From positions 892-64,891 of the forward strand of contig CAAGDF010000003.1 of NCBI GenBank assembly GCA_900768525.1: a DNA stretch of 64,000 nucleotides, given 5' to 3'. This stretch comes from Clostridia bacterium. Its GTDB lineage: Bacteria; Bacillota; Clostridia; Christensenellales; Borkfalkiaceae. Under the pieces are notes generated by a model. That model was not told where the DNA came from. It saw only the letters and a list, made by a program, of their open reading frames with translations, and made no database searches. Made by a program: the position numbers and the translations under genes. Numbering within the stretch: the stretch's first letter is position 1; each line of letters begins with the position of its first letter. Below, piece by piece: positions 37,801 through 46,857 of this stretch.

Positions 37801-38301
37801 AAACTATTAAAAGAGCAGTTGGGCGAGGTAACCAAAAACTTTGAAACCGAACTCGATATCGGCGTTTCGGCATTCATATCCGAGCAGTATATCGCCGCGG
37901 AAGCCATGCGAATGGACGCGTACAAGCAAATCGCGGAAATCGCATGCAAAGCCGACGAAGACAGAGTAACCGAAAGTCTGACGGTAAACTACGGCGCGTT
38001 GCCGATCGAGGCGTATAATCTTATTAAGATTGCAAAACTTAAAGCGTTGTGCGGTAAGTTCGAGATAATTAAAGCGGAACTTAAGAAAAAAGTTTGCAGG
38101 TTCATATTTAAAAATCTCAATTCGTTGTCTATCGGCGGAATTATGGACGCGCTCGGCAGCGGACAGACTTCGGCAAAACTCGCTTTCGGCAATAATCCCG
38201 AAATCATGTTTGCAACCGACGGCAAAGAACCCGACGTTTTGCTTGACGAAATGACTGAATTCTTGTTATTATCTTGCATGGAAAAGACGGGGTTGGAATA
38301 A
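34849..38301 (+). CDS. mfd: Transcription-repair coupling factor
   Basis: 1150 aa with a UvrB-homology N-terminus, an RNAP-interaction domain, superfamily-2 helicase motifs (LLCGDVGYGKTEVA, DEEQRFGV, LSATPIPRT) and a TRG motif. Confidence 0.96.
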   Translation: MAKSIMLDKYLQAENLGENFITLKENVRSGVPTAVFGVQSAEKYHLAAMLDLPVIYIARDGLIAKNAAKELRALSGKNGVYLPAKDDVLLYNKAFNKDAYYERITALYRLTKGVDFVTCTFEALLQLMPDKIEGIELKTGGEYDLTELCACLVRMGYTRVDEVDGKGRFSLRGDILQVFSVNYDVPVRIDFFGDEIEKMVYFDASGAVGGETKKITILPTVDFAIDPAEKATIKHALKEGVRAFGTQIYAARARDIASELTETLDNDVCDPSLSFVLPLLSCMKGSIRKFMGEDAVVVYDECKMLRDSLDGALKEFADRRISLAANGESFNFSAGQYKTPEALFKELDLPRKLALQSLTSQIAFFNPLKTMRFNCTLVPRYALKPDDFFDDVKSWKITGYKVLVCCGNGERAARLHGYLEDKKIFSDLGDNFPADFSGVKITSFYLANGFIYHDAKLAVIGTNDLYSRKETQKKIKRKSGDVYYAPEVGDYCVHEKHGIGIVRGVERITTTDSTKDYVAIEYRGGDMLYVGVDRMDCLTKYMGGEEKPSLSKLGGQEFEKIKERVKASIAKLTINLKQLYRNRREAKGFAFLPDDGMMREFEEAFPFEETEDQLTSIEEIKKDMESTRVMDRLLCGDVGYGKTEVALRAAFKAIESGKQVAFIAPTTILVEQHYMNALERFKDFAVRIAVLDRFRTTSEQSKTLFDLEDGKIDMVIGTHRLFSKDVKFKDLGLLILDEEQRFGVEHKEKLKLLKENVDTLTLSATPIPRTLHMSLTGIRDISIINTPPTQRIPVQIFVTEETDALIHDAISKELARGGQAFILYNSVESISAFAARVRELIPEARVVIGHGQMQERQLEENVMAFYRGEYDVLVATTIIENGIDLPNANTLIVIDADKLGLSTLYQLKGRVGRSDRMARAYFTYKENKVITDIAFKRLSALTEFSEFGSGFKIAMRDLEIRGAGNVLGKEQHGHMEKIGYELYTKLLKEQLGEVTKNFETELDIGVSAFISEQYIAAEAMRMDAYKQIAEIACKADEDRVTESLTVNYGALPIEAYNLIKIAKLKALCGKFEIIKAELKKKVCRFIFKNLNSLSIGGIMDALGSGQTSAKLAFGNNPEIMFATDGKEPDVLLDEMTEFLLLSCMEKTGLE

Positions 38302-38312
38302 TATCAAAACAT

Positions 38313-38332
38313 TCGATAATCGACTTATAGAC
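38313..38332 (+). repeat. Dispersed repeat, class A, forward: tCGATAATCGACTTATAGAC
   Basis: It lies 11 nt after the mfd stop and is followed by gggCTTTTg. Confidence 0.85.
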
Positions 38333-38372
38333 GGGCTTTTGTATTGTTTTATGTTGATTTGTGAGGTAACAT

Positions 38373-39221
38373 ATGATGAAAAAAAGAACCGATTGTGTAT
38401 TGACGGGCGAACGCGCGGAATTTTTTGCGAAAGATACCGAATACGTAAAGTGTACGTTCGAGGACGGCGAGTCTCCGCTTAAAGAAAGCAGTAACATAAG
38501 TCTTGATAACTGCACGTTCGGGTGGAAATATCCGCTGTGGTATTCCAAAAACGCGACAGTGAAAAACACTTTTTTCAACGAGTTTTCAAGATCGGGCATA
38601 TGGTATGCTGAAAATTTAAAGATGCAGAACTGCAAAGTGGAATCGCCCAAGAATTTCCGCCGCTGCAATGGCGTTTATCTTGCCGACGTCGATTTTAAAA
38701 ACGCGAGCGAAACGCTTTGGACTTGCGAAAACGTGCAACTTGAAAACGTGCGCGTGCACGGCGATTATTTCGGGATGAACAGCAAAAATATCGTTGCGAA
38801 AAACATAAAAATCGACGGAAACTATTGTTTTGACGGCGGCAGCGATATAGAAATTTCGGACAGCGTGTTAAACAGCAAGGATTCGTTCTGGAACGTTAAA
38901 AACGCAATCGTCAGAAATTGCACGATAATCGGCGAGTATATCGGGTGGAACTCTGAAAATCTTACGTTTATAAACTGCAAAATCGAAAGTCACCAGGGTT
39001 TTTGCTATATAAAAGGTTTAAAACTCATAAACTGCACGCTCGAAAACACCGATCTTGCGTTTGAATATTGTTCGGGCGTAGAAGCCGATATTATCGGCAG
39101 GGTGGACAGCGTTAAAAATCCTGTATCGGGTAGAATAGTTGCCGACGAATTCGGCGAGATTATTATGGAAAACGACAAGGTTGACGTAACAAAAACGGCA
39201 ATCGAAACGAGGAAGAAATAA
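38373..39221 (+). CDS. Parallel beta-helix repeat protein, DUF3737-like
   Basis: 282 aa with repeated N-C-x-(I/V/L) beta-helix rungs and a GESPLKES...WKYPLWY N-terminal pattern that I associate with DUF3737. Function is unknown. Confidence 0.55.
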   Translation: MMKKRTDCVLTGERAEFFAKDTEYVKCTFEDGESPLKESSNISLDNCTFGWKYPLWYSKNATVKNTFFNEFSRSGIWYAENLKMQNCKVESPKNFRRCNGVYLADVDFKNASETLWTCENVQLENVRVHGDYFGMNSKNIVAKNIKIDGNYCFDGGSDIEISDSVLNSKDSFWNVKNAIVRNCTIIGEYIGWNSENLTFINCKIESHQGFCYIKGLKLINCTLENTDLAFEYCSGVEADIIGRVDSVKNPVSGRIVADEFGEIIMENDKVDVTKTAIETRKK

Positions 39222-39252
39222 ATTTTGCGCAATTTGCGACAGGCGGGCGAGT

Positions 39253-40434
39253 ATGGCATATAATTTTGATTTGACTATCGATAGAAAAAACACGGGTTCT
39301 TTGAAGTGGGATATCGGCGAAAACGAAATTCCGCTATGGGTGGCGGATATGGATTTTGATACCGCCCCCGCGATTAAAAATGCGATTTTGCGCCGCGCAG
39401 AGCAGGGCGTGTTCGGTTATAATGTTGTAACCGACGAATGGTACAACGCGATTTGCGGTTGGTGGTCGCGCCGTCACGGTATAAACATCCCCAAGGACGA
39501 ACTCGTATTTTGCACGGGTGTTGTGCCGGCAATATCGTCCGCGGTAAGACGGCTTACCGCTCCTAACGAAAAAGTTATTATTCAGACGCCCGTGTACAAC
39601 ATATTTTTCAACTCGGTTTTAAACAACGGCAGGCGCGTCGTCGAAGCCCCTCTTTTATACGAAAAAGGGAGCTATAGGTTGAATATCGACGATTTGGAGG
39701 AAAAATTTGCCGATAAAGAAACCACGCTTATGATACTTTGCAACCCGCATAACCCGGTCGGAAAAATATGGACGAAAGAAGAACTCGCTTTAATAGGCGA
39801 GCTTAGCGAAAAGTATTCGGTAACGGTGATTTCCGATGAAATTCACTGCGATATTACAACGCCCGGTAAAAAATATGTGCCTTACGCTTCCGTATCCGAG
39901 GCTTGTGCGCAAAACAGCGTTACATGCATATCGGCAACCAAAGCGTTCAATATCGCGGGGCTTCAGTGCGCCGCGGTGTACTCGTTCAATAAAAAACTTT
40001 TGGCAAGGGTGAACCGCGCGCTTAACACCGACGAGGTTGCCGAACCCAACTCTTTTGCTATGTGCGCAACCGTCGCCGCGTTTGACGAATGCGAGGACTG
40101 GCTTGACGAAATGTGCGCCTATACGTCCGAAAACAAGGCTTTCGTTGCGAATTTTATTGCAAAAAACATACCGCAACTCAAGTTCGTTTCCTCCGACGCG
40201 ACTTACCTTTGCTGGGTAGATTGCGGTGCGTTTATCGGCGGTAAGCCTTTTGAAAACGCTGCCGAGTTATGCAAAGAATTAAGAAAAACGACGGGCGTTA
40301 TTTTATCAGAGGGCGGGCAGTTCGGGCTCGGCGGCGATAAATTCGTCCGCATAAACGTTGCCTGTCCGAAAGAATTGCTGACTTGTGCGCTTGAAAGAAT
40401 AAAATCGTTTTTCGATAAAGTCATATTGTTTTAA
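39253..40434 (+). CDS. MalY/PatB-type PLP-dependent C-S lyase (class I/II aminotransferase fold)
   Basis: FDLTIDRKNTGSLKWD N-terminus, SDEIH, and the SATKAFNIAG lysine motif. Confidence 0.85.
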   Translation: MAYNFDLTIDRKNTGSLKWDIGENEIPLWVADMDFDTAPAIKNAILRRAEQGVFGYNVVTDEWYNAICGWWSRRHGINIPKDELVFCTGVVPAISSAVRRLTAPNEKVIIQTPVYNIFFNSVLNNGRRVVEAPLLYEKGSYRLNIDDLEEKFADKETTLMILCNPHNPVGKIWTKEELALIGELSEKYSVTVISDEIHCDITTPGKKYVPYASVSEACAQNSVTCISATKAFNIAGLQCAAVYSFNKKLLARVNRALNTDEVAEPNSFAMCATVAAFDECEDWLDEMCAYTSENKAFVANFIAKNIPQLKFVSSDATYLCWVDCGAFIGGKPFENAAELCKELRKTTGVILSEGGQFGLGGDKFVRINVACPKELLTCALERIKSFFDKVILF

Positions 40435-40504
40435 TCTTGCTTAGTTTTTGCGCTTAACTAAAGTGCGATGGTATAAACGCAAAAGTTTTTAACATACTAC
40501 CGTT

Positions 40505-40711
40505 ATGAAACTAAGCGGAATTTTATCGTATATACTTGTTGCGCTCGGCGCGCTTTTATGGCTGATTTTCGGTCTTTTAAATATTAACGTTATAGGCGAA
40601 ATATTCGGCTATAGGTCGATTATCGCACGTTATATATACGTCGGAATAGGTATCGGCGGCATGTTTTTTATATATGTTTCTTTAGCTTTTCACCCGCTTA
40701 AAGGTTTATAA
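40505..40711 (+). CDS. DUF378-family small membrane protein
   Basis: 68 aa with two TM helices. The pattern ...GALLWLIFGLLNINVIGEIFG...ARYIYVGIGIGG fits DUF378. Confidence 0.75.
   Translation: MKLSGILSYILVALGALLWLIFGLLNINVIGEIFGYRSIIARYIYVGIGIGGMFFIYVSLAFHPLKGL
40607..40626 (-). repeat. Dispersed repeat, class A, reverse, inside the DUF378 CDS: ggctataggtcgattatcgc
   Basis: 20/20 match to the reverse complement of GCGATAATCGACCTATAGCC. It is read in frame as G-Y-R-S-I-I-A. Confidence 0.85.
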
Positions 40712-40779
40712 TCCGGGCGGGCTTTTGAACGGCGGAAAGGCGTAAAACGTAAAACTTATGTAATTTGTGCTAAAAACGG

Positions 40780-40808
40780 TTGCCGTTTTTGGGATATAGT
40801 GCTATAAT
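40780..40808 (+). promoter_or_regulatory. Sigma-A promoter with extended -10 (TTGCCG-17-TGcTATAAT) for the queT leader
   Basis: TTGCCG at 40780-40785, TG at 40800-40801, TATAAT at 40803-40808. Confidence 0.65.
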
Positions 40809-40818
40809 CGTATCGCTA

Positions 40819-40860
40819 AGGAAGGTTTTCGGAGAACACTTCCTACTAAAAAAACCGAGG
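40819..40860 (+). promoter_or_regulatory. preQ1-I riboswitch (translational, sequesters the queT SD)
   Basis: P1 is GGAAG/CUUCC. Loop UCGG can pair with CCGA in the A-rich tail UACUAAAAAAACCGAGG, giving an H-type pseudoknot that covers the GAGG SD. It sits directly upstream of queT and next to tgt. Compare the B. subtilis element AGAGG...CCUCUAUAAAAAACUAAGG. Confidence 0.7.
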
Positions 40861-40870
40861 TAAATTCAAT

Positions 40871-41379
40871 ATGAAATCCGCAGCTCCTTTGGCGCGCGCG
40901 GCGGTTATTGCCGCAGTGTACGCCGTTTGCACGGTAGTTATCGCGCCGCTTTCTTACGGTGCGGTACAGTTCAGAATTGCCGAGTGTCTATGCATTCTGG
41001 CTTTTTTTATGACGAAGCGGTCGTCGGTCTTACGATCGGATGTTTAATCGCCAATCTGTTTTCGCCTTGCGGTCCGATAGACGTGTTGGTCGGTACGAGC
41101 GCAACGCTTATCGCCGTGCTTTTGTCAAACATTACGTTTAAACGAATTAAAAACAAAGCGCTCGGCTTTATCGTGGGCGCGTCGTTCCCGATTATAGTCA
41201 ACGCGTTGCTCGTGCCTGTATCTATACTCGTCGCGTCGCCCGAAGAGGGCAGTTACGTTATCGTTGCGTTGCAGGTCGGTTTAGGTCAGGCGGCGGTAAT
41301 CCTTACGTTGGGGCTTGCTCTTTACGCGGTACTTTTGAAACTTTTCGATAACGGCGTGTTAAAAATCAAAAAACCTTGA
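40871..41379 (+). pseudogene. queT: Queuosine-precursor transporter QueT, interrupted by a frameshift in a T7 run
   Basis: The ATG at 40871 gives MKSAAPLARAAVIAAVYAVCTVVIAPLSYGAVQFRIAECLCILAFF and then reaches a stop at 41045-41047. The -1 frame continues YDEAVVGLTIGCLIANLFSPCGPIDVLVGT... to 41379. The junction is the run TTTTTTT at 41002-41008. Confidence 0.8.
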
Positions 41380-41519
41380 CAAAACGCTTAAAATAATATA
41401 ATATTTAATAAACGAAAAATGCCTTACGTTAAAACCGAAAACGCAGGTATTTTTTTGTGAGTAATTTTATAGCGGAGTTTTTTGCTATCGTATTGCTTGG
41501 CGCAAATCGGCTCAAAATA

Positions 41520-42676
<1,157 letters not shown>

Positions 42677-42694
42677 GTATTCGCAAAAAATAAC

Positions 42695-42723
42695 TTGCTA
42701 AAATAACGTTTTTCATTTATTAT
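42695..42723 (+). promoter_or_regulatory. Sigma-A-type promoter (TTGCTA-17-TATTAT) for yajC
   Basis: Hexamers at 42695-42700 and 42718-42723 with a 17-nt spacer. Confidence 0.55.
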
Positions 42724-42789
42724 ATATAAAAAAGCGAAAGCGGGCGGCGCGCTACGGTGCCGTTGCCCGTTTTGCAAAACGGAGAAAAG

Positions 42790-43308
42790 ATGTTTAACAT
42801 ATTGTATTCATTATTGGAAACGTCAGCCGAAACCTCTGCGAATCAAAGCGGTTTTGCGGTATTTATTTCGCGTTACGGTTTACTGATCGTAATCGCGGTG
42901 CTTTTTATCGGTATGATTTGGTTTTCGAGCCGTCAGCGTAAAAAGCAGGAAAAAGAAATGAACGATAAACTCAGCTCGCTCAAAGTCGGCGATAAGATCG
43001 AAACTATCGGAAGAATTTACGGAACTATCGTTTCCGTTAACGAGGAAGAAAACACGATCATCGTTTTAACCGGCGACGAAGATCACCCCGGTTACGTTAA
43101 ACTCGACAAAATGGCGGTATACCGCACTATAGTCGATTACCCCGAACAGCCCGCTGCCGAAACGACCGAAAGCACGGCTGCCGAAGCTGCGGAAACAACC
43201 GAAACGGCTGAACCCGCTGCGGAAAACGTGTTTGAAGAAACCGCAACCGAAACCGCCGAACCTGCCGATAGAGCGGACGAAACCAAGACGGAAAATTCGG
43301 AAAACTAA
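42790..43308 (+). CDS. yajC: Preprotein translocase subunit YajC with a long acidic C-terminal tail
   Basis: ATG at 42790 with a GGAGAA RBS. It has a TM helix followed by RKKQEKEMNDKLSSLKVGDKIETIGRIYGTIVSV. The last ~65 aa are an A/E/T-rich repeat (AAETTESTAAEAAETTETAEPAAEN...). Confidence 0.85.
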   Translation: MFNILYSLLETSAETSANQSGFAVFISRYGLLIVIAVLFIGMIWFSSRQRKKQEKEMNDKLSSLKVGDKIETIGRIYGTIVSVNEEENTIIVLTGDEDHPGYVKLDKMAVYRTIVDYPEQPAAETTESTAAEAAETTETAEPAAENVFEETATETAEPADRADETKTENSEN

Positions 43309-43320
43309 ATAAGAATTACA

Positions 43321-43342
43321 GCCGATAATCGACCTATACGCC
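43321..43342 (+). repeat. Dispersed repeat, class A, forward: GCCGATAATCGACCTATACGCC
   Basis: It lies 13 nt after the yajC stop. This is a slightly diverged copy (TATACG in place of TATAGS). Confidence 0.8.
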
Positions 43343-43358
43343 GACTTATCGGTTTTTT
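43321..43358 (+). terminator. Candidate yajC terminator built partly from the repeat
   Basis: ccgataa (43322-43328) pairs with ttatcgg (43346-43352) across a 17-nt loop, then TTTTTT. The stem is short, so confidence is moderate. Confidence 0.5.
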
Positions 43359-43480
43359 CTTGCGCTTTTTACCGTCCGAAAGTTATCGGCTAAAGGTAAG
43401 AAAAATCGAAAGCGCGCGCCGCATACAAAGCGACAATTTAAGTTTTTTTTCGATCTGCGGCGAAAAAATATTCAAATCGG

Positions 43481-43509
43481 TTGATAAAACGGGCAAAATA
43501 TAGTATAAT
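43481..43509 (+). promoter_or_regulatory. Near-consensus sigma-A promoter (TTGATA-17-TATAAT) of the glg operon
   Basis: TTGATA at 43481-43486, a 17-nt spacer, TATAAT at 43504-43509. It leaves a leader of roughly 140 nt before glgB. Confidence 0.7.
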
Positions 43510-43653
43510 AAATTTGCGAAGAAAATAAAGATATTCGGTCGCCCGCGCATGAGGGCAATCCGCCCGCAAAAGTGTTGGCAAAACGCCTCGGCATTTCGGG
43601 GAAAAATAAAGTCGCTCGGCGGCAACTTAATGCTCAATCACAAAAGGCTGTTT

Positions 43654-45525
43654 ATGAAAAACGATCTACCTGTTTATTTATTTCATCAAGGCACTAATTA
43701 CCGTTCATATGATTTTCTCGGGAGCCATTTCGGGAAAGAGGACGGCAAATCGGGTGTCTTTTTTCGCGTGTATGCGCCCAATGCATACGCCGTTTCGGTC
43801 GTGGGTGATTTTAACGGTTGGGACGAAACCAAAAATCCGATGACGAAGATTTCCGATCAGGGCGTTTACGAAACGTTCGTCGAAGGTCTTAAAGAGTACG
43901 ATTCTTATAAATATGCAGTAAAATCTGCCGAAAAGTGGACATTTAAAGCCGATCCCTACGCATTCCATGCCGAAACCTCTCCGCAAACCGCATCCAAGGT
44001 TTACGAACTCGATGGTTACGCTTGGAAGGACGGAAAATATATGGATGCCCGTTCGGAACGCGACGTTTATTCCGAACCCGTCAACATTTACGAGGTAAAC
44101 TTAGGCAGTTGGAAACGTCACGAAAACGGCGATTATTACACCTATCGCGAATACGCAAGCGAACTCGTGGCGTATCTTAAAAAGATGAATTACACGCACG
44201 TGGAACTTATGCCGATAACCGAGTTTCCGTTCGACGGCAGCTGGGGATATCAGGTAACGGGTTATTTTGCGGTAACGTCGCGCTTCGGCACTCCGCACGA
44301 TTTTATGTATTTTGTGGACGAGTGCCACAAAGCGGGCATCGGCGTAATTCTCGACTGGGTTCCCGCGCATTTTCCCAAGGACGAGCACGGACTTTATATG
44401 TTCGACGGCACTTGTTGTTACGAGTATTCGGACGAGCGCCTGCGCGAACATAAAGGTTGGGGAACCTGCGTTTTCGATTTCGGTAAGAACGAAGTTCAGT
44501 CGTTTCTGATTTCTTCCGCGACTTTCTTTTTCGATAAATATCATATCGACGGCTTGCGCGTAGATGCGGTTGCTTCTATGCTTTATCTCGATTACGACCG
44601 CAAAGACGGCGAGTGGATAGCAAACGACGAGGGCGGCAACATAAACAAAGCCGCGGTCGCGCTTTTAAGAAAAACCAACAGCGCGATATTCGGCAGTTTT
44701 GCGGGAGTCATGATGATAGCCGAAGAATCAACGGCGTTTCCGCTTGTAACCGCGCCCGTGTGCGACGGCGGACTCGGGTTCAATTTCAAATGGAACATGG
44801 GTTGGATGAACGACGTATTGTCGTATGTTTCCACCGATCCGTATTTCAGGGGCGGTTGCCACAACAAGATGACTTTCTCTATGATGTATGCTTTTTCGGA
44901 GAATTTCATCTTGCCCGTTTCGCACGACGAGGTTGTGCACGGCAAGCGCTCGCTCATAGATAAAATGCCCGGCGATTACGACAGCAAGTTTGCAACCGTC
45001 CGCGCGCTAATGGGCTTTATGTACTCGCACCCGGGCAAAAAACTCAATTTTATGGGCAGCGAGATCGGACAGTTCAAAGAATGGAACTATAAAGAGGGTG
45101 TGGAGTTTTTCCTGCTCGAGTACGAATCGCATAAAAAACTGCATTATTTTTTCAAAAAGCTCAACGAGTTTTATGCGAATACGCCCGCGCTTTATTCAAT
45201 CGAGCGTTCGTGGGACGGTTTTGAATGGCTTGTCGCCGACGATAACAACAACAACGTTTACGCTTACGAGCGTATGGACGGCAACGGTCAGTCGGTTGTC
45301 GCGATATGCAACTTTTCGGGCGTAGATCAGGAAAACTATCGTATAGGCATAGGCAAAGGCAAATACAAAGTGGTGTTCGATTCCGATTCGGTTTCGTTCG
45401 GCGGCAAAGGCACTTTTGCCAAAAAGACTTACTCGGTCAAAAACGTGCCGTCGCACGGCAAACGCCAGTCTATTTGCATCAACATAGCGAAATTATCGTT
45501 TTTGTATCTCATTAAGGTGCAGTAA
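43654..45525 (+). CDS. glgB: 1,4-alpha-glucan branching enzyme
   Basis: GH13 branching-enzyme motifs: HVELMPITEFPFDGSWGYQ, DWVPAHF, GLRVDAVASM, IAEEST, SHDEV. The start is ambiguous between the ATG at 43654 and the ATG at 43630; the ORF-track start at 43549 is unlikely. Confidence 0.93.
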   Translation: MKNDLPVYLFHQGTNYRSYDFLGSHFGKEDGKSGVFFRVYAPNAYAVSVVGDFNGWDETKNPMTKISDQGVYETFVEGLKEYDSYKYAVKSAEKWTFKADPYAFHAETSPQTASKVYELDGYAWKDGKYMDARSERDVYSEPVNIYEVNLGSWKRHENGDYYTYREYASELVAYLKKMNYTHVELMPITEFPFDGSWGYQVTGYFAVTSRFGTPHDFMYFVDECHKAGIGVILDWVPAHFPKDEHGLYMFDGTCCYEYSDERLREHKGWGTCVFDFGKNEVQSFLISSATFFFDKYHIDGLRVDAVASMLYLDYDRKDGEWIANDEGGNINKAAVALLRKTNSAIFGSFAGVMMIAEESTAFPLVTAPVCDGGLGFNFKWNMGWMNDVLSYVSTDPYFRGGCHNKMTFSMMYAFSENFILPVSHDEVVHGKRSLIDKMPGDYDSKFATVRALMGFMYSHPGKKLNFMGSEIGQFKEWNYKEGVEFFLLEYESHKKLHYFFKKLNEFYANTPALYSIERSWDGFEWLVADDNNNNVYAYERMDGNGQSVVAICNFSGVDQENYRIGIGKGKYKVVFDSDSVSFGGKGTFAKKTYSVKNVPSHGKRQSICINIAKLSFLYLIKVQ

Positions 45526-45672
45526 ACGTTATAAATTAAAGGGAATTATCACTGAAAACGAAAACGTTTCTATGGGGCGGCTTTCATAAATGCAAGCATT
45601 TCCGTAAAGGCAGGCGATTGCAAGTTTAAGTCGTTTTGCATAAATCGCTTTCGTGAATAAGGGGAGGAAAAA

Positions 45673-46857
45673 ATGCCGAGACAAAAAGAATGTGTGGCAA
45701 TGTTACTTGCCGGAGGGCAAGGCAGCAGACTTTACGCATTGACTTCAAAAATTGCAAAACCTGCGGTGCCGTTCGGCGGAAAATACAGAATAATCGATTT
45801 TCCGCTTTCAAACTGCGTAAACTCGGGTATAGACACGGTTGGCGTACTCACGCAGTACCAGCCGCTTGTTCTTAACGATTACATAGGCAACGGGCAGCCG
45901 TGGGATCTCGACCGAACCTACGGCGGGGTTCATATACTGTCGCCTTATCAGGCAAAGCATGGTTCGGAGTGGTACAAGGGTACCGCCAACGCGATTTATC
46001 AGAATCTGCCGTTTATCCAAAGGTATAACCCCGAGTATGTGCTTATACTTTCGGGCGATCATATCTATAAGATGAACTATGATAAAATGCTCGCGTTCCA
46101 CAAAAAGAACGGTGCGGACGTAACCGTTGCGACCATTCGTGTTCCTATGAGCGAGGCTTCGCGTTTCGGCATAGTCAACACGGGCAAAAACGGCAAGATA
46201 GAGCAGTTTGAAGAAAAGCCCGCCAACCCCAAAAGCGATCTTGCGTCGATGGGCATTTATATCTTCACTGCCGAAAAACTTTATAAATATCTCGAAAAGG
46301 ACGAGCAAACCCCGAACAGTTCCAACGATTTCGGCAAGAACATTCTTCCCGACATGCTTGCTTCGGGCGAAAAAATGTATGCCTACGTTTTCTCGGGTTA
46401 TTGGAAAGACGTCGGTACGATCGATTCGCTGTACGACGCGAATATGGATCTGCTCGGCGAAAAGCCCGTATTCGATATTGCCGATTACAACTGGAGAATT
46501 CATTCGCGCAACCCGGTCGCCCCGCCGCATTATATAGGTCCGGACGGCGTTGTTACTCGCAGTATTGTCGCGCTCGGCTGCGAGGTTGACGGCACGGTTA
46601 AAAATTCCGTGTTGTCGTCCAACGTCAAAGTCGAAGAGGGAGCGGTAATAGAGGGCAGCGTGGTGTTTTCCGGCTGTACTATCGCTCGCGGCGCGCATAT
46701 AGTCAACGCCATTATCGACGAAAACGTGGTAATCGGCGAAAATGCGGTTGTAGGCTCGGGCGAAACTCCGCGCAAAATAACCGTTTTAGGGCGTGACGTT
46801 CACATAGGCATGTGCGAAGTTATAGAAGCGGGAAAGATTATCGAGGGGGATAAATAA
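45673..46857 (+). CDS. glgC: Glucose-1-phosphate adenylyltransferase, catalytic subunit
   Basis: [40 protein letters not shown], plus a C-terminal left-handed beta-helix. Confidence 0.95.
   Translation: MPRQKECVAMLLAGGQGSRLYALTSKIAKPAVPFGGKYRIIDFPLSNCVNSGIDTVGVLTQYQPLVLNDYIGNGQPWDLDRTYGGVHILSPYQAKHGSEWYKGTANAIYQNLPFIQRYNPEYVLILSGDHIYKMNYDKMLAFHKKNGADVTVATIRVPMSEASRFGIVNTGKNGKIEQFEEKPANPKSDLASMGIYIFTAEKLYKYLEKDEQTPNSSNDFGKNILPDMLASGEKMYAYVFSGYWKDVGTIDSLYDANMDLLGEKPVFDIADYNWRIHSRNPVAPPHYIGPDGVVTRSIVALGCEVDGTVKNSVLSSNVKVEEGAVIEGSVVFSGCTIARGAHIVNAIIDENVVIGENAVVGSGETPRKITVLGRDVHIGMCEVIEAGKIIEGDK

Noticed and set aside
43383-43637. 84-aa minus-strand ORF upstream of glgB
   Set aside because: It overlaps the glg promoter and leader on the other strand and has no recognisable features.
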